A stretch of DNA of 64,000 nucleotides, taken from positions 68,822,001-68,886,000 of the forward strand of contig NC_087436.1 of NCBI RefSeq assembly GCF_036321535.1, written 5' to 3'. Positions 26,949-40,390 of the stretch are shown one piece after another; positions within the stretch are counted from its first letter, which is position 1, and each line of letters begins with the position of its first letter. The position numbers and the translations under genes are program-made. This stretch comes from Camelus dromedarius. Lineage: Eukaryota. The notes beneath the pieces are model-generated. The model saw only the letters and a list, made by a program, of their open reading frames with translations, did no database searches and was not told where the DNA came from.

Positions 26949-27871
26949 TGATAAAATAATAGAAAATATATACATTGGTCTCTACCCCCAGTTTCTGGCA
27001 CAAAGCTTCTAAAACCCTTAAAATTTCCTAAATGATAGGAACACTAGGAACATCTCTTGTTCTAATATTTCATCTTTGACCCCATTTCTTGACATAGAGC
27101 TTTTAAATCCCTTGGAGTTTCCTGGGTGATAGCCGTGTCTTTTATTCCAATGAGGTAACTCTTGGTGGGCTCCTAGCTGGCTTCAGGATGGAGGCTATTC
27201 ACCAGAAAGACCAAGCCATGATTAGAAGTTTAGACCTTTAAGCCCCACTGCCCCTCCTCCATCCTCTGGGAAGGGGAGAGAGCTGGAGATGAGTTAATAA
27301 TAATTCATGCCTGTATGATGAGACCACCATAAAAATCCCAGTAGTATGTGGTTCAGAGAGCTTTTGGGTTGGTGTACACATCTGTGTGCTGGAGGGTCTG
27401 CCCCAGCTCTATGAAGATAAAATCTACACTGGGGACTCTTCTAGACCTTGCCATATGCATCTCTTCATACGGCTGTTCATACATATCCTTTAGTAACCTC
27501 TGTGATAAGCAGGTAATCTAGTAGGTAAACTGTTTTCCTGAGTTCTGTGAGCCAGTCTAGTAAATTGATCAAATTGCAGGAAGGGACTGGGGGAAGCTCC
27601 AATTTACAGCCAGTCAGTCAGGAGCACAGATAACAGATGGGACTTGCGATTGACATCTTAAGTAGGGGCAGGAGCAGTTTTATGGAACTGAGCCCTTAAC
27701 CTGTGGGGTCTGCACTAGTTCTGGTTAGTGTCAGAATTGAATGAATTACAGGATACCCAGCTGGTGTTAGAGAATTGCTTGGGGGAAAAACCCTGCACAG
27801 CTGCTGTCAGAGTGTTGTGACTGTGGTAATAATGTTAACAGTACACAAAAACACAGGAGTTTTCTAAGACA
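26949..27871 (+). mobile_element. MER21-like ERV solo LTR (~920 bp)
   Basis: TG..CA termini; TTGGTCTCTACCCCCAGTTTCTGGCACA..ACCAGAAAGACCAAGCCATGATTAGA..GGTTCAGAGAGCTT..CCTGAGTTCTGTGAGCC..ACTGAGCCCTTAACCTGTGGGGTCTG..GTGTCAGAATTGAAT. Confidence 0.75.
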
Positions 27872-30800
27872 AAGATTTCTTTAAAATTTCCATTAAGTCT
27901 TTACCTGCCTGGACAGATCTTCTCTGGGCCTTCTGAATTGCAGATCTGCCCTACCTTTTGGTAGACTTTGACTTCATTCCCTGCTTGTAACTCTTTAACA
28001 TGTATCTTGAGAAGTTCATGAAACCTCTCTGAATTTCAGTTTTCTTGCCTATAAAGTGGTGATAATAAATACAGCCCTGAGATGTGAGGCATTGAAGTGA
28101 GTGTATGTAAGACTCTAGCAGGTATCAAATTCCTGCTCTGGGCCAGGAGTTTTCATAGGAGTTATCTGATGTATTTGTTGCCACAGCTTGATGGGGTAGG
28201 CCTAATACCACCTTCCCTAAAGAGGAAGGAAACTGAAGATCAGAGAGGAAAACTAACACAGGTTACAGAGCTGGAGGGAGGCCTTACCTGTCTGAATTCA
28301 AATCTATCTGTACCACTCATAACCAAGCCACTCTGATAATGAAGGTGAAAGCCTTTAGTAGTATACTATTCAAATGTTGCTTATATTATTTCTGTATCCC
28401 AAGCAGATTAATTTCTCATTGCCCAGATGTTTCAGAGACATAAGTATGACTGTATTGGGGGTAGGATGGTGTGTATAGCTTGGGTTTAAAGCTCAATAAG
28501 TCAATTTGCAGACAGCTTTCGTTTTCTATAAAGTTGGGTAACAATAGCTAGCTTATAGTATTGTAACGAATAAATGAGATAATGTGTGGAAATGATGCAT
28601 ATTTTGTAAATAGATTAATAGATGGTAGATGCTATTATAATAACTCCAAATAAACTACTACCCAATATAGATTCATATACTTACCCAAACACAAATTCCT
28701 ATCATCTCCATTTCCAAGTACTTCATATACATATCTGCCAGCCTCCCTATTTTATCTACAGATATATTATTCTCCGTTTGCCAGACAATTGAAAAGAAGA
28801 AAAGCAAAAAAAAAAGAAGAAGATGTTACAAACCAGTCTTTAAATTTCAATGATATGAATATAGATAAAGCCCTACTGAGGGACTAGCATTATAAATTTT
28901 TTACTCAAATTTTAAATTAAAAAGCAAGAAGTGATATTCTCTTGAAAATTATCAAAAAGAAGGAAAAACAGGATATCCTAATGGTTAAGCTCAGGCTCTG
29001 GCTCCAGACTGCTTCACATCCCAGCTCTTCTACTCATTAGCCTGTGATGTAGAACTTGTTACTTTTTCATCCATAAAATGGAGATAATAATAGTACCTAA
29101 TCATAGGACTGTGAAAATTAAATGAGCTAATATAATGTGGTGCATTTACGGCACCTAGAAAGCGCTGAGTCTGCTGAAAACTAAAAAAACAGTAAAATTT
29201 AATTGATAATTTATATGAAGTTTAGTGATCAGTAAGTAACATGGAAGTTTTACCTTGTTATTTTGCCTTTAACTCTGAACATAAGTTTTTGAGTGCTACA
29301 GAGCATGGACTTGGCAGATTAACAAGTTGATTAAAATGAGTATTCAAAATGAAATTAAAATGTAAAACGTGAATACTTGCAAAGACTTTCCCAGGAGTTT
29401 TTCTCTAAAGCAGGTTAATGACAAGGAAAAATCTAACTGTTGCATTTATTAAGCAATGCCAAAAAGAATGAGCGATAGAGATGCCAGACTTCTGGGAATA
29501 GAACAGCAATCGCAGATGAATGAGTCATTTGATATTTTATCTTTTATAAGAGAAATAGTTGAGATTTTAAATAAATGTATCACCTAGCTAATACATTTGT
29601 AGGAAAAAGTAGGGATATGAATTTGCTAAAGGCAAATGCAAATGGCTATTCACAGCAAAGTTGGAACACTAAAGACTATCTCTGAATGGTAGAGAAGAGG
29701 GTCATAAATCATAGAAAAGAGATCAAGTTTCAATAGAACAGAAAAGCAAAGATATGAATCAAATATATTTTAAGAAGGTTTTCATGTATTTCTTGTTAAT
29801 AGAGTGTTAAGAATAGTGAGCACAACTGTAAAACACATCACAGAAGTAGTTAGGTGAGACACAGGGTGTTGTAGTAATTATTAAGCACTTGCTTTGCCTC
29901 AATCCTTAAGCCTGCCTGTTAGTGTGACCTGCCATCTTCAGCAAATCCTCCAAATCCTGGATTAATGTTCCATGAGTTTATCTTAAAGAAGCCATAACAT
30001 TCAGTGTTTCCCACTATCCCTTTTCTCAACCAACAAGTGCCATGGATATCCTGAGAAATGAGACTGACCCTTAATATTATTCCTAAAATTTACTTCCCTT
30101 AGACTGAAAACACTTCTATAGACACATAAATACTTATCGGAAAAGAAGACTTTTAGTGTCTGTAGTCGTGAGACTTGATATTTTAAATGGATTATTTGGG
30201 GAATGTGAAATATGAATGGTTGGAACTACTCCTTTACAATATTATGATTTCCATAGACATGGAGTATGCATTTTCAAATTCAATGAATTTTAATAAGCAA
30301 AGCATTAATTCTAGACATTTGCATTCGTTTACTCATTAATTTGTTTAACAAATATTTATGGAATGCCACATTGTGTGTGAAGCATTGCAGACCCTGTCTA
30401 AGGATCTCAGAGACCCTCTGGCAGTTACTAGGTGCCCCCTAAAGAACTGATCCAAATGTGCATTTTATTAATGGAGGAAGGAAGCCCAGTGAAGTTGACA
30501 ACTTAGTTACCTATCTAGTGTCAAATTCTCATCTGTGAATTCCCCAGGTAGAATCCTTGCCATGTAGAGAGGCTGAAAGAGTCCCGGAAGGCTGGACTTA
30601 AGGAGCTGTGGGTTGCAGCTTTCTGATTCTGACATTATGCAGCTCTGTAGACACAGGGAAGCCTCTTGGACTTCTGTTTCCCTAGATTTCTTTCTTTAAA
30701 ATGGGAGCTGATACCTGTTCTACTGATCTCACAGGGGTGTCCCAACTATTAAATTAAATAACATACGTAAAAATGTTTTGAAAATGGCGTAAATCTAAGC

Positions 30801-31486
30801 GGTGATGAAATATTATTGTCTTCATGGATGTTTAAAATCACTATTTTAATTGTATCAAAGATTATGCCAAGAAATCTTTTTTTTTTTTTACATATAGCAA
30901 ACCTTATTTTGAAAAAAAACTTGAAAACTAGTTTTTTAATATTTAATAGGAAAGATTTTAGACAGTAAAACATGTTTTCCCCAGTCTGGATCTTGTCTCT
31001 TTTCTCCTCTAAGAAGTCCTGAGATGTCTATGGTGAAGGCAGATGTGTCTGCAGTTTTTGACCTCCCAATTTGCATTAATTTCCAGTGACTGACGATAAG
31101 GTACAAGGAAAAACAGCTGAAGGGAAAGTGTTACAGAAGCTAACTTTAGTCAGATTGCTGAAAGGAGACTTTTCTCAAATTAACACCTTTCTCCCTCACC
31201 ACCAACCCCTGTCAAATCAGAAGCAATCAGGACACAGTGTAATATAGTTTTTCATTAACTTCTTCTAAGATCCCAACTATTGAACTTGGCAACATGAACT
31301 AATGTTAATAATGATTTTTAATACCAAAGTAATTGATTTTAACTGTAGAGATAATTCCAACAATTTCACAACATCCTGTGCAGATTGAATCCATTGAGGA
31401 CGCCTCACAGGATCCAACACACCACACCAGAAATCTAGGCACTGACAGACAATAGAACAAACAAGCCACTATTAAACAAAACTTAC

Positions 31487-31497
31487 CGATACATCAT
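31487..31497 (-). CDS. TMPRSS11A: TMPRSS11A coding exon 1 (ATGATGTATCG; M-M-Y-R)
   Basis: ATG ATG TAT CG followed by a consensus gtaagt donor. Phase 2 joins exon 2 to give CGA (Arg), and human TMPRSS11A begins MMYR. Exons 1-5 sum to 478 nt with no stop codon. Confidence 0.9.
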
Positions 31498-31800
31498 CTG
31501 TGGGGGGAAGAATCTGATCTTAAGAGATCTGCATCCACTCAGCTCAACTTTCTAGTCAACTATATGAAATCTCTAGCAGTATCAGAGATCTACAGCTGGA
31601 AGAAGTAAGGAAACACATTACAAGTAGTTGAAATGAAACTAGTTCAACAAGTCTGAACAGAGACGCCTCAACCCATAGAATGGCTCTAAGAAAACAGCGC
31701 AAAGACAGTGTAGTCTCAACAAGAAGGCAGTATTTCTCTTTTTGGTATTGACTAATTTTAAGGGAGAAGAAACTGGTTGTAAGGATTTGAGTGAGAAATA
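31498..31800 (-). promoter_or_regulatory. Probable TMPRSS11A 5' UTR / proximal promoter
   Basis: Non-repetitive region directly upstream of the ATG. TATA-like CATATA on the minus strand at 31561-31566; GRHL-like AACCAGTT (minus) at 31771-31778. The TSS cannot be determined from sequence. Confidence 0.4.
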
Positions 31801-33039
31801 CCTTAGGAATGCACTGGCATTAAGAGTTTAAAGAAGATTATTTGTAGGTATACAAATATCTTAAAGAAACCTTCACATAAAAGCTCTCAATAAAAATAAT
31901 CAGATATTCTTAAAACTTAGATTTGTGATATGATTCAGGAAATACGCCTAAAATTTTTGTTAAACAACAGCTATCTTCATGTATCCAGGGTATAGTGAAT
32001 TTATTAATACATAATCATTTTTCTTTTTTAAAATACCTACTTCTCAGAGTACATACAAATAAATTCATATCAAACTAGATTTTTCCTAAAATGACTTAAG
32101 GTAATAAATGCATATTTAATTTATATTTATATAATATATATTTATACATATATCTCTCTATGTATTTAAATACCTGTGTGTGTATATGGAAAGAGAGAGA
32201 GAGGGAGAGAGAGACATTTATAAGAATGAAGAAAACAAAAGAGATCAGGGAGACAAAGATTATTTTCAGTAATTTTTCAGTGAGACATCATGAATTACCA
32301 ACTCTTTGTGAATATTGAAACATTAGAAATGAGGCTGAAACTCTTTTTGACCATGTCCTAATCATGGTTCCTTTCAGTTTCCTCAGAAGCAACTAGTGTT
32401 ACGAGGGTCCATCTCTATAGAACATACTAAGCATTTACAGACACACACATATAGTCATAGAAAAACATATATGAATATTTTAATTGAACAGTATCATACT
32501 TCGCACATCCTTGTACAATCTGGTCTTTATTTAGTTTTTAGAAGTTCTTTTAGAAGAGACACAGATCCACCTTATTCTTTTTAACAGCTACATGAAGTAT
32601 GAATATACTTAGCGTTTAGCCTTGATTATAATCTTACAACCAAATGATACCCATTTAAAGGGAAACACTACTTTAAATAAAGGTTTTCAGGGATCATCGC
32701 TTGGGAAAGTACAATTGAAATCATCTTAGTACCACATAGTGCTTTAAGCACATAGACTTTCTAGAATCAGAATGCCAGGGTTCAAATCTTAGCAGTTTCC
32801 ATGTCTGTAAAATAGGAATAATATTGGTGACTACTTTGTAGGCTGAAATGTAAATGTGTTAATAAATGTAAAATGCTTAGAATAGCGCCTTGTGGAATGG
32901 TAGTACTACAGAAACGTTAGGCATTATTATTGTTAGGCCTTTAGTTTATACACATTTATTTTCTTTTTATTTACAGAAACACTTAGTGAAACTTATTCTA
33001 TTGAACTGTACAAGGAGCACACATGGTTACACTCTTTCA

Positions 33040-33126
33040 TTCCCTTCCCTCCCCTCCACTCCCCTCCCCATCCCTCCCCTCCTTTCCCCTCCCCATCCCT
33101 CCCCTTCCCTCCTCTTCCCTTCCCTG
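33040..33126. repeat. C/T-rich low-complexity tract (CCCTC/CCCTT-like units)
   Basis: TCCCTTCCCTCCCCTCCACTCCCCTCCCCATCCCTCCCCTCC..., read directly. Confidence 0.85.
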
Positions 33127-34455
33127 CTGTTTTTCCTGACACAGTGCTTCATGGAATAGTGAAAGGAAACTGGACTTAGAATGGACTACTGATGCCCTGA
33201 AAGTTATGTGAACCTGGACAGGCTACTTAAATCCTTTGAACATCAGTTTCTTCTTACATGAACTGAGCTGGTTATGTGCATTACTTTTGTGAGATTTAAA
33301 TGATAGCAATGTATGTGGAACTGCCTAGCATGCTATCTGGTAATAAATGACAGCTTCTGTTGTGGGCGGCAGAAGGCCTGGTAGACAAAGCCCAGACTTG
33401 GTGGGAGATACACCTTTCTGTAAATCCTGGCTCCCCACATAGCTGCTGCTTAAACCTTCTGCATCTTAGCTTCTTCATGGAATTAACAACAGCTTTCCAG
33501 GTTATTATAGAAAAAAATTAAACAGTACATGCAGAATGCACCCCCACACTAGCTGGCATATATAAGAACTGAATTGGAAACTGTATTGAGATCCAAGGAT
33601 GGCTACCCTGAATGTCAGCAGGGCAGAACACGGCAGGAAGTTTGCTCAGAACTTCTCTTTCAGCCCTGAAGTCATCTGCTTTTTAGCTTTTTCTTTCCTG
33701 GAGGGTAGAGGACTAACTGGTTGAGTATGAAATAGTGAAATACTGGAAACGGTTGCAATGCATAAGGATTATATCATGAGACAATAGCAATATACCTTTC
33801 TTGAGTGATATGCAAGATATTTCTCTGAATGATATTCTTCATCCAATATTTTTGGCCTCTCTCTGCTAAGGGGAAATTACGGAATTGACCCAAGGAGACA
33901 AGTGTTCTCATATTGCAAATGGACAGTTGAAAAGTATCACACAGCTTAGGAGTCACTGCACATGGTTGCTCAGACTACTGTGTGATGGTTATTTCAGAGA
34001 CGCCTAATATGTTAAACATCATGGCATTCAGTAATTCTTTAAGTAGATATTTTTCCAGTTCCTGTGATGTGCCAGGGTATGTTTTGGGTACTTGGAGATT
34101 AGAGTAGTTTAAAAATTCATTAAAATCCCTTCCTTACACATATGGTCAACTCCTTTACTTCTCTTTCACTTTGTACCCTCTCAGTGACAAAATAACCTTG
34201 GATGAACACAACTTTCTATGATTCCTCCCCTGCACCCTTGTGCAGATAAACAAGCCTGTAGAAAAACACACAAACTGATCTAAGTTTTAAGTCTCTGTTC
34301 TGTTGTCCTAAAGTGGGCTCCTAGTGTAGGTTGTCATTTTATAGTTCCTAGGCCTCTCGATTTCCCACACTCCTGGACAACATTTTCTCACCTCTCCTCT
34401 TCCTCAACTCCCTTCACTTATCACTCTCAGCTGATGACCTTGCCTCCTGCATCAT

Positions 34456-34725
34456 TGTGTTAGGTTGCTGAGGTTACTGTAACAAGTTAACACAAACTGA
34501 GTGACTTAAAACCCAGAAATTTATTCTTTCACAATTCAGGAGACTTGAGGTCTGAAAATGAGGTGTCAGAAGGGCTATACTCCTTGAAAAGGTCAAGGGA
34601 GATCCTTTTCTGTTTCTTTTAGTTCTCACAGCTCCCGAATTATTTGGCTTGTATCTAAAAACTCTAGTCTCTGGCTCAGTCTTGACATGGCCATCTTATT
34701 TGTTCTCTCAACCTTCCCTCCTTTT
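34456..34725 (-). mobile_element. MLT1B/C-like MaLR LTR fragment, inserted in L2-like sequence
   Basis: TGTGTTAGGTTGCTGAGGTTACTGTAACAAGTTAACACAAACTGAGTGACTTAAAACCCAGAAATTTATTCTTTCACAATTCAGGAG..AGGTGTCAGAAGGGCTATACTCC. Confidence 0.7.
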
Positions 34726-34738
34726 CTGTTTCTCCCTC

Positions 34739-36240
34739 TTTTTTTTTTTTTTTACTGTGATAAAGTATAGAGAGCACAAAATTTACAATCTCAGCCATTT
34801 TTAAGTGTATATTTCTTTGATATTAAGCACATTCACATTGTTCTGCAACCACCACTATCATCCATCTCCAGAACTTTTTCATCTTTCCGAATGAATACTC
34901 TGTACCCATTACACACTAACTCCTAATATCTCCTTTCCCGCAGCCTCTGGCAACCATTATTCTACTTCATCTCTATTAATTTGACTACTTCAGGTACCTT
35001 TAGAGGTACTTCATGTAAGCGTAATCATACGATATGTCTTTTTGTGACTGGCTTATTTCACTTGGCATAATGTCCTCAAGGTTCCTCCATGTTGTAGTGT
35101 ATGTCAGAATATCCTTTTTAAAGGTGGAATAATATTCCATTGTACATACATATATATCACATTTTCTTTATTCATTGTCAATTAACTCGAGTTGCTTCCA
35201 CCTTTTGGCTATTGAGAATAATGCTGTTATGAACATAAGTGTACAAATATCTGTCCTGCTTTCAATTCTTTTGGATATATACCTAGAAGTAGAATCATTG
35301 GTCATATGTTTAATTTGGTCCATGTTTCATTTTTGAGGAATCACTTCTTATGGACTGAATGTGTCTTCGCAAAATGCGTATGTTGAAATTCTAACCCTCA
35401 GTGTGATAGTATTAGGAGGTGGGACCTCTGGGACATGATAAATTCATGAGGGTGGAGCCCTCATGAATGGGATTAGTATCCTGATAAAAGAGACCCCAGA
35501 GAGCTCTCTCATCCATTCTGCCACGTGAAATGACAGCCAGAAGATGGCCAATGGACTAGGAAGCAGACTGTCACCAGGCATGAAATTTGCCAGTGCCTTG
35601 AGCTTGGATTTCCCAGCCTCCATACTGTGAGAAATAATTATTTGTTGTTTAAGACACCTGGTCCATGGTACTTTTGTTATAGATGCCAGCAGAATGGACT
35701 AAGACACTGCCATACCGTTTTCCATAAAAATTATGCCATTTTACATTCCCACCAATAATACACAAGGGTTTCAGTTTCTCCACATCTTTGCCAACACTTA
35801 GTATTTTCTGTTTTTTTTTTCTGTCCTAATGAATGTGAAGTGATATCTCATTGGGGTTTTGATTTGCATTTCCCTAATGATTAGTGATGTTGAGCTGTGT
35901 ATCATGTACCTGTTCCATTTGTATATCTTCTTTGGAGAAATTCTATTCAAGTAATTTACTCGTTTTTGAATTTGGTTATTTGTTTTTTACTTGTTGAGTT
36001 GTAGAGGATCTTTGTATATTCTGGCTACGAATCCCTTATTAGATAAATGATGTGCAAATATTTACTTTCATTCCTTGGGTTGCCTTTTCACTCTGTTGAT
36101 AGTGTCCACTGATGTGTAAAACTTTTGAATTTTGAAGTAGCCCAGTTCATCTATTTTTTCTTTTGTTCCCTGTTCTTTTGATTTCTAAGAAATCATTGCC
36201 AAATTGAATATCACGGAACTCATCTTCTGTGTTTTCTAAT
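34739..36240 (-). mobile_element. L1MB-like LINE-1 3' end (antisense), interrupted by a MaLR LTR
   Basis: Poly-T at 34739-34753, then CACATTGTTCTGCAACC..TCCAGAACTTTTTCATC..TTTTGTGACTGGCTTATTTCAC..CATTTTACATTCCCACCA..TTTGATTTGCATTTCCCTAATGATTAGTGATGTTGAG. Confidence 0.9.
35346..35706 (+). mobile_element. MLT1A-like MaLR solo LTR nested in the L1MB
   Basis: TATGGACTGAATGTGTC..ATGAGGGTGGAGCCCTCATGAATGGGATTAGT..AAAAGAGACCCCAGAGAGCTC..GGACTAAGACA. The L1 text GAGGAA...CTGCCATACCGTTTTCCA resumes on both sides. Confidence 0.85.
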
Positions 36241-37479
36241 CCATTGCCACAGTTTGAAATATATGCATTTACATATTTACTATAATTCTTCTGCATTGAA
36301 GTTCTGCCTCCTGGAATAGTCCTATGTAGATCTGTCTCTGACATCTCAAACTGAATATGACTAAACAAAACGTTATTCCCGAATTTCCCTCTATCCATTC
36401 CTGGGTTTCCCAAATCCATTGAATTGTCATGAACTGCATTTATTCTCTTCAAAGTCTTACTCCTCATTTATGTAAGAATCTATACCCCACCTCTCTTCCT
36501 ATTCTATTAGACTAAATCAAAAAATATAACAAATGTCCTCTTAAAACAATGAATTACAACAGTCATTTTGGGGGGGGCTATATGAAGCAGGGAAACCATT
36601 TCTTCTAAATGAATTTTTTTTTGCTGAAACTAAATACATGAAGCATATCATACTGAAGCAGTTCTGAATGAAGTGAGTAGGGCATAATAGGAATCCCATT
36701 TACTCAGCATATCTGTATCTCCCGAGAGATGGTCCCTATGAAAGCTAGTGCCCTAGAGATTTATGGAGACTCTTTACCCTGTTCCATGCAAAAGAAAGGA
36801 CATATTTTGGATAATGATCAAGGAATATCATAGGCATAGCTCTTATACTGTCCACACTTTTAATTAAAACAAAAAGAAGGGAATGTGTTAATGTATTTAT
36901 TCCAACCAAAATTGCCAGTTAGTGCAGGTAGTTACAAGTATTAGTTGTAACTATGAGAATCTATTTAAAAGATCAATGTACAAAACCTGTTTTCTTCTTC
37001 TGCCTGAACCTTTGAGAGAGAAAATCTACGTCATCTATTTTGCATGGAATGCTAGGATGACCCTTTACTTCTTACTCTAACAACCTGGAGAAGTTTATTC
37101 AAACTGAGAAAATACTCTCTCCTTCCTTCAGCAATTAGAGATGGGTCATTGATTCTGAGGACTGTGAAGGTTAGCAGCATTACCTGAGAACATTTATTTT
37201 TCCTTCTATGTAAGTCTCTTACTCTCATAGTTAAACTCTTGCAAATGAAAACTTGCTGTGTTCTTGATTTTTTTGTTTGTGCTTGAAATTATATGGGAAA
37301 ATTAAAACCTTTCCAGATGATCTAATCTGAAAAAAAAGTACTTGGAAACAATTTGAAAGTGACTTTGTGCATGATATGGGATATCATAGAATTTTGGGGT
37401 CATAGGACATTAGTATACATAAATTAACTATAATCGACTGCTAGCACATCAGCCATCCACGAAGGGTCTACATTTTTGC

Positions 37480-37950
37480 TTACACTTACCATTATTCTAT
37501 TTGTCTATTTGGTGTAAAATGGTGCCTTACTTTTGTTTTAATTACGTTTCTGTGAATACTAATTCTTTAGGCATTTGTTTTATATTCTTGTTTCTTTGCT
37601 ATAACTTGCCTTTTCATATCATTTGCCCATATTTCTAATGAGGTTGTTCTTTTTTCTGTTGATTTGCAAGAGTATTTGGTATAGTCTAGATATCACTACC
37701 TGTTAAGTTTTAAGTATTTTAAATATCTTCTTCCATTCTACCCATGGTGTTATTTACCTAACAGAAGCAGTGAATGGTCACATGTATTTTTTCAGGGGAA
37801 GGTGGTGCTTACATTAATATTCCCTATGCTTTTAACAATTTATCCCTTATCATGTCACAAAGATATTCTTCCTTTTTTTGTATTAATCATTTTTTTCCCT
37901 CTCACTTATGTCTCTAATCCTTTCTGGAGTCTGCCTTTGTGCACATTTAG
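37480..37950 (-). mobile_element. Degenerate old L1M fragment
   Basis: TGTAAAATGGTGCCTTACTTTTGTTTTAATTACGTTTC..CATATCATTTGCCCATATTTCTA..TTGATTTGCAAGAG antisense ORF2-like text. Confidence 0.5.
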
Positions 37951-37966
37951 GCAGAGATCCATGGTT

Positions 37967-38910
37967 GTGCTGATGGGGGAAATGTGCCTCTTGGATCTTC
38001 TATTTAGGAGAATTTAATTGGCAGATGCCCCAGCTGCTGTGCTCTGAGTGCGCCTCAGCACTCATACTGGTCATGCTTCTTACAAGCTTCTTTCAGCCTC
38101 TGACCAAGCACAGCAGGCTCGTTAAGGCAGCCATGTTCCTAGGAAACGTGGGGCTTCTGTGATGGGTGACTTTAACTGGAGGATTCCCGATAGGCTTGGC
38201 CAAATTGTCTTGGACCTGCACTGCCATGTGAGACTTTTCTTACCTAACTCTTCTTCCTTCCCCGTCTTCTACCCAAATGTCAGACCTGAACTGCATCCTA
38301 CAGGGTCTCTTTGCCTCTTCCAGCATGTATCTCAATTTCTTCACAGAAATTTCCCCCAATAAATCTTTTGTACCTAAGATCCCACTTTGGGAGCCAGAAA
38401 ATTAAGGACCAACAAACTCATTTCCCTGACTATTGAGTAAAGAAGAGATTCTGAGTGGCACGTGAGTCACAGTTAATCTCTGGCATAAGGTGACAGCTGC
38501 AGTGACCTGGGAAAACCACCTGGTAAAGGCATCATCATTGCAGGTGTGATAGTTCAGTCACCTAAAAGGTAAGAAGGAGAAATGCCTACAGAGATAGTGA
38601 AATTGGCTGGTTACTGCTAAATTGCATCATTGCCCTGCATTGGGATAAGGAGAAATTGAGAGCTGTTTAAAATCAGTTAAATGTGAGAGGAGTGACAAAG
38701 AAGCCTTTATCTTCTGCAGAGGAAAAGTAGACACAGCTAAGTAGCAGGCTGAAGATTGACTAAGCACCATGGGAAAGCCCATGCCGTTTATCCAGAGGCA
38801 TTAGGAATGAGCCAGTGAGGGGGGCTTGAGTTCAGCGGTGGCTCTCCTCTGCAGGCCAAGGCCTGCCACAGGAGCAATAGCTACAGAGCTAGGTTCTTAG
38901 CAGCACTGGG
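37967..38910 (+). mobile_element. ERVL LTR16-like LTR (to ~38410) plus adjacent degenerate internal sequence
   Basis: CCCCAGCTGCTGTGCTCTG..TTCCTTCCCCGTCTTC..GTCAGACCTG..CCCCCAATAAATCTTTTG (AATAAA at 38358), followed by GC-richer ERVL-internal-like sequence. Confidence 0.55.
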
Positions 38911-39804
38911 AGGAAACCAACTCTTTACATTTGAATCCACCAGTGCTGGAGGTCTGGAGTGAGGGTGAGGAAAAGAATTTCTGAAAGCAGCTGATTCACT
39001 GCCACCTTGTCTAAAAGCTCCTCTTCTTCATAAGCACTGACCCTGATACTTCCAAAACTGGTAGTCTGGATTGCTGAGTTTAGTTTCTGGTATGAAAAAC
39101 AGGTGAACTTTGTCCAGAGCAATATAAGACAAGGCAGGGTGGTGGGGGACACAGAGTAAAACTTAAAAATACTTTCTTTCAGCTATTCATTTATCCCACT
39201 TTGGGCATCAGCCACCTGCCCTGCCTCCGTATTCCAGCTCTGGATCGCCCAGTCTCTCACCTGGGTTTTTGATTTTCTAGCCCAGGGTACACATTTACCT
39301 CTTTAGTCCACAGTTATCTGATTTGGCTGATTTGTATGCTATGCTATTTTACCATCTTGGCAGAAACAAAATCCCAGATATTCTGTGTGTGCGTATGTGT
39401 GTAAAATGGTGTCTTTTTGGGGAAAAAAAAGTGGATAAACCTTTTATAAATGAATAGATACATTTGTTTATGTTTATATAAGCAGAACAATGTGAAAAGA
39501 TACACAAAACTTTAAACTTGAATTGCTTTAGGGAAAAATTGGGGCAGGATTGACAGATTTTTCTTTGTCTTACTCTATGCTTGGAAAACAGATCACGTAA
39601 TTTATAGCTTGAAATGAAATTATAATAAAATATCTTTTAAAAATAACATAGACCAGGAGATGGCAGCATAGTAACATATTTGGTCTAAGTTCTTAGTTAA
39701 CATATTGCACAATCCAATTGACAAATTTCTTTCTCTAGATACAGATTTATATAGATACCTCTATGTAGAGATCTCTGTATCTCTATAGAAAGGTCTGTCT
39801 ACAT

Positions 39805-39866
39805 CTATATTTGTCTGTCTGTCTGTCTGTCTATCTGATTTATCTATCATTCATCCATCTATCTAG
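39805..39866. repeat. (TCTG)n/(TCTA)n tetranucleotide microsatellite
   Basis: TGTCTGTCTGTCTGTCTGTCTATCTG..TATCTATC..TCCATCTATCTAG, read directly. Confidence 0.8.
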
Positions 39867-40119
39867 ACGTGAATTATTTGCTTGTATCAACTCAGCCTTC
39901 ATACTGCCTTTCTCCAACCTGGTTCAGTTTCCAAGTGATCTTACTTTGACTAGGATTGTTTAAATGTGAATTTGATCATGATGGATGGTCTTTAAACTTT
40001 TTCAACGCATCAGCATTATATAAAGGGGGAGAAGAAAGATATTCCCAAACTCATGTAAGGAAATTGTGGGTACAAAATTTTTAACAATGACTCTTTTCCT
40101 CTGAGTGTTGATCCCATGA

Positions 40120-40349
40120 CAGTGGTTCTCCATGAGGGGTGATTTTGCCCCTGAGAGAACGTTTGGTAATGTCTGAATACATTTTTGTTTGTTACAACTT
40201 GATAGGGTTACTATCGGCATCTAGTGTATAGAGAGAAGGAGAGCTGCTAAACATTCTACAGTGCAGAGGATGCTGCCGCCCCTCTAACTCCCTGTCAACT
40301 AGGAATTATCTTGGCATTACTGACACAGTGTCAAGGTTGAGAAGCTCTG
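40120..40349. mobile_element. MER20 hAT-Charlie element
   Basis: CAGTGGTTCTC..GGGGTGATTTTGCCCC..TTTGGTAATGTCTG..GGCATCTAGTG..GCTGCTAAACATTCTACAGTGCA..GGTTGAGAAGCTCTG. Confidence 0.85.
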
Positions 40350-40384
40350 CCATACAGTGATGATTCAAAGAGAATGAGTTTAAG

Positions 40385-40390
40385 TTTATT
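40385..40390 (-). terminator. Candidate polyadenylation signal (AATAAA) of the TMPRSS11G-like gene
   Basis: AATAAA on the minus strand at the end of an AU-rich ~1.5 kb stretch after the stop codon and just before MER20. More proximal AATAAA copies exist near 41113 and 41209, so the site actually used is uncertain. Confidence 0.4.
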
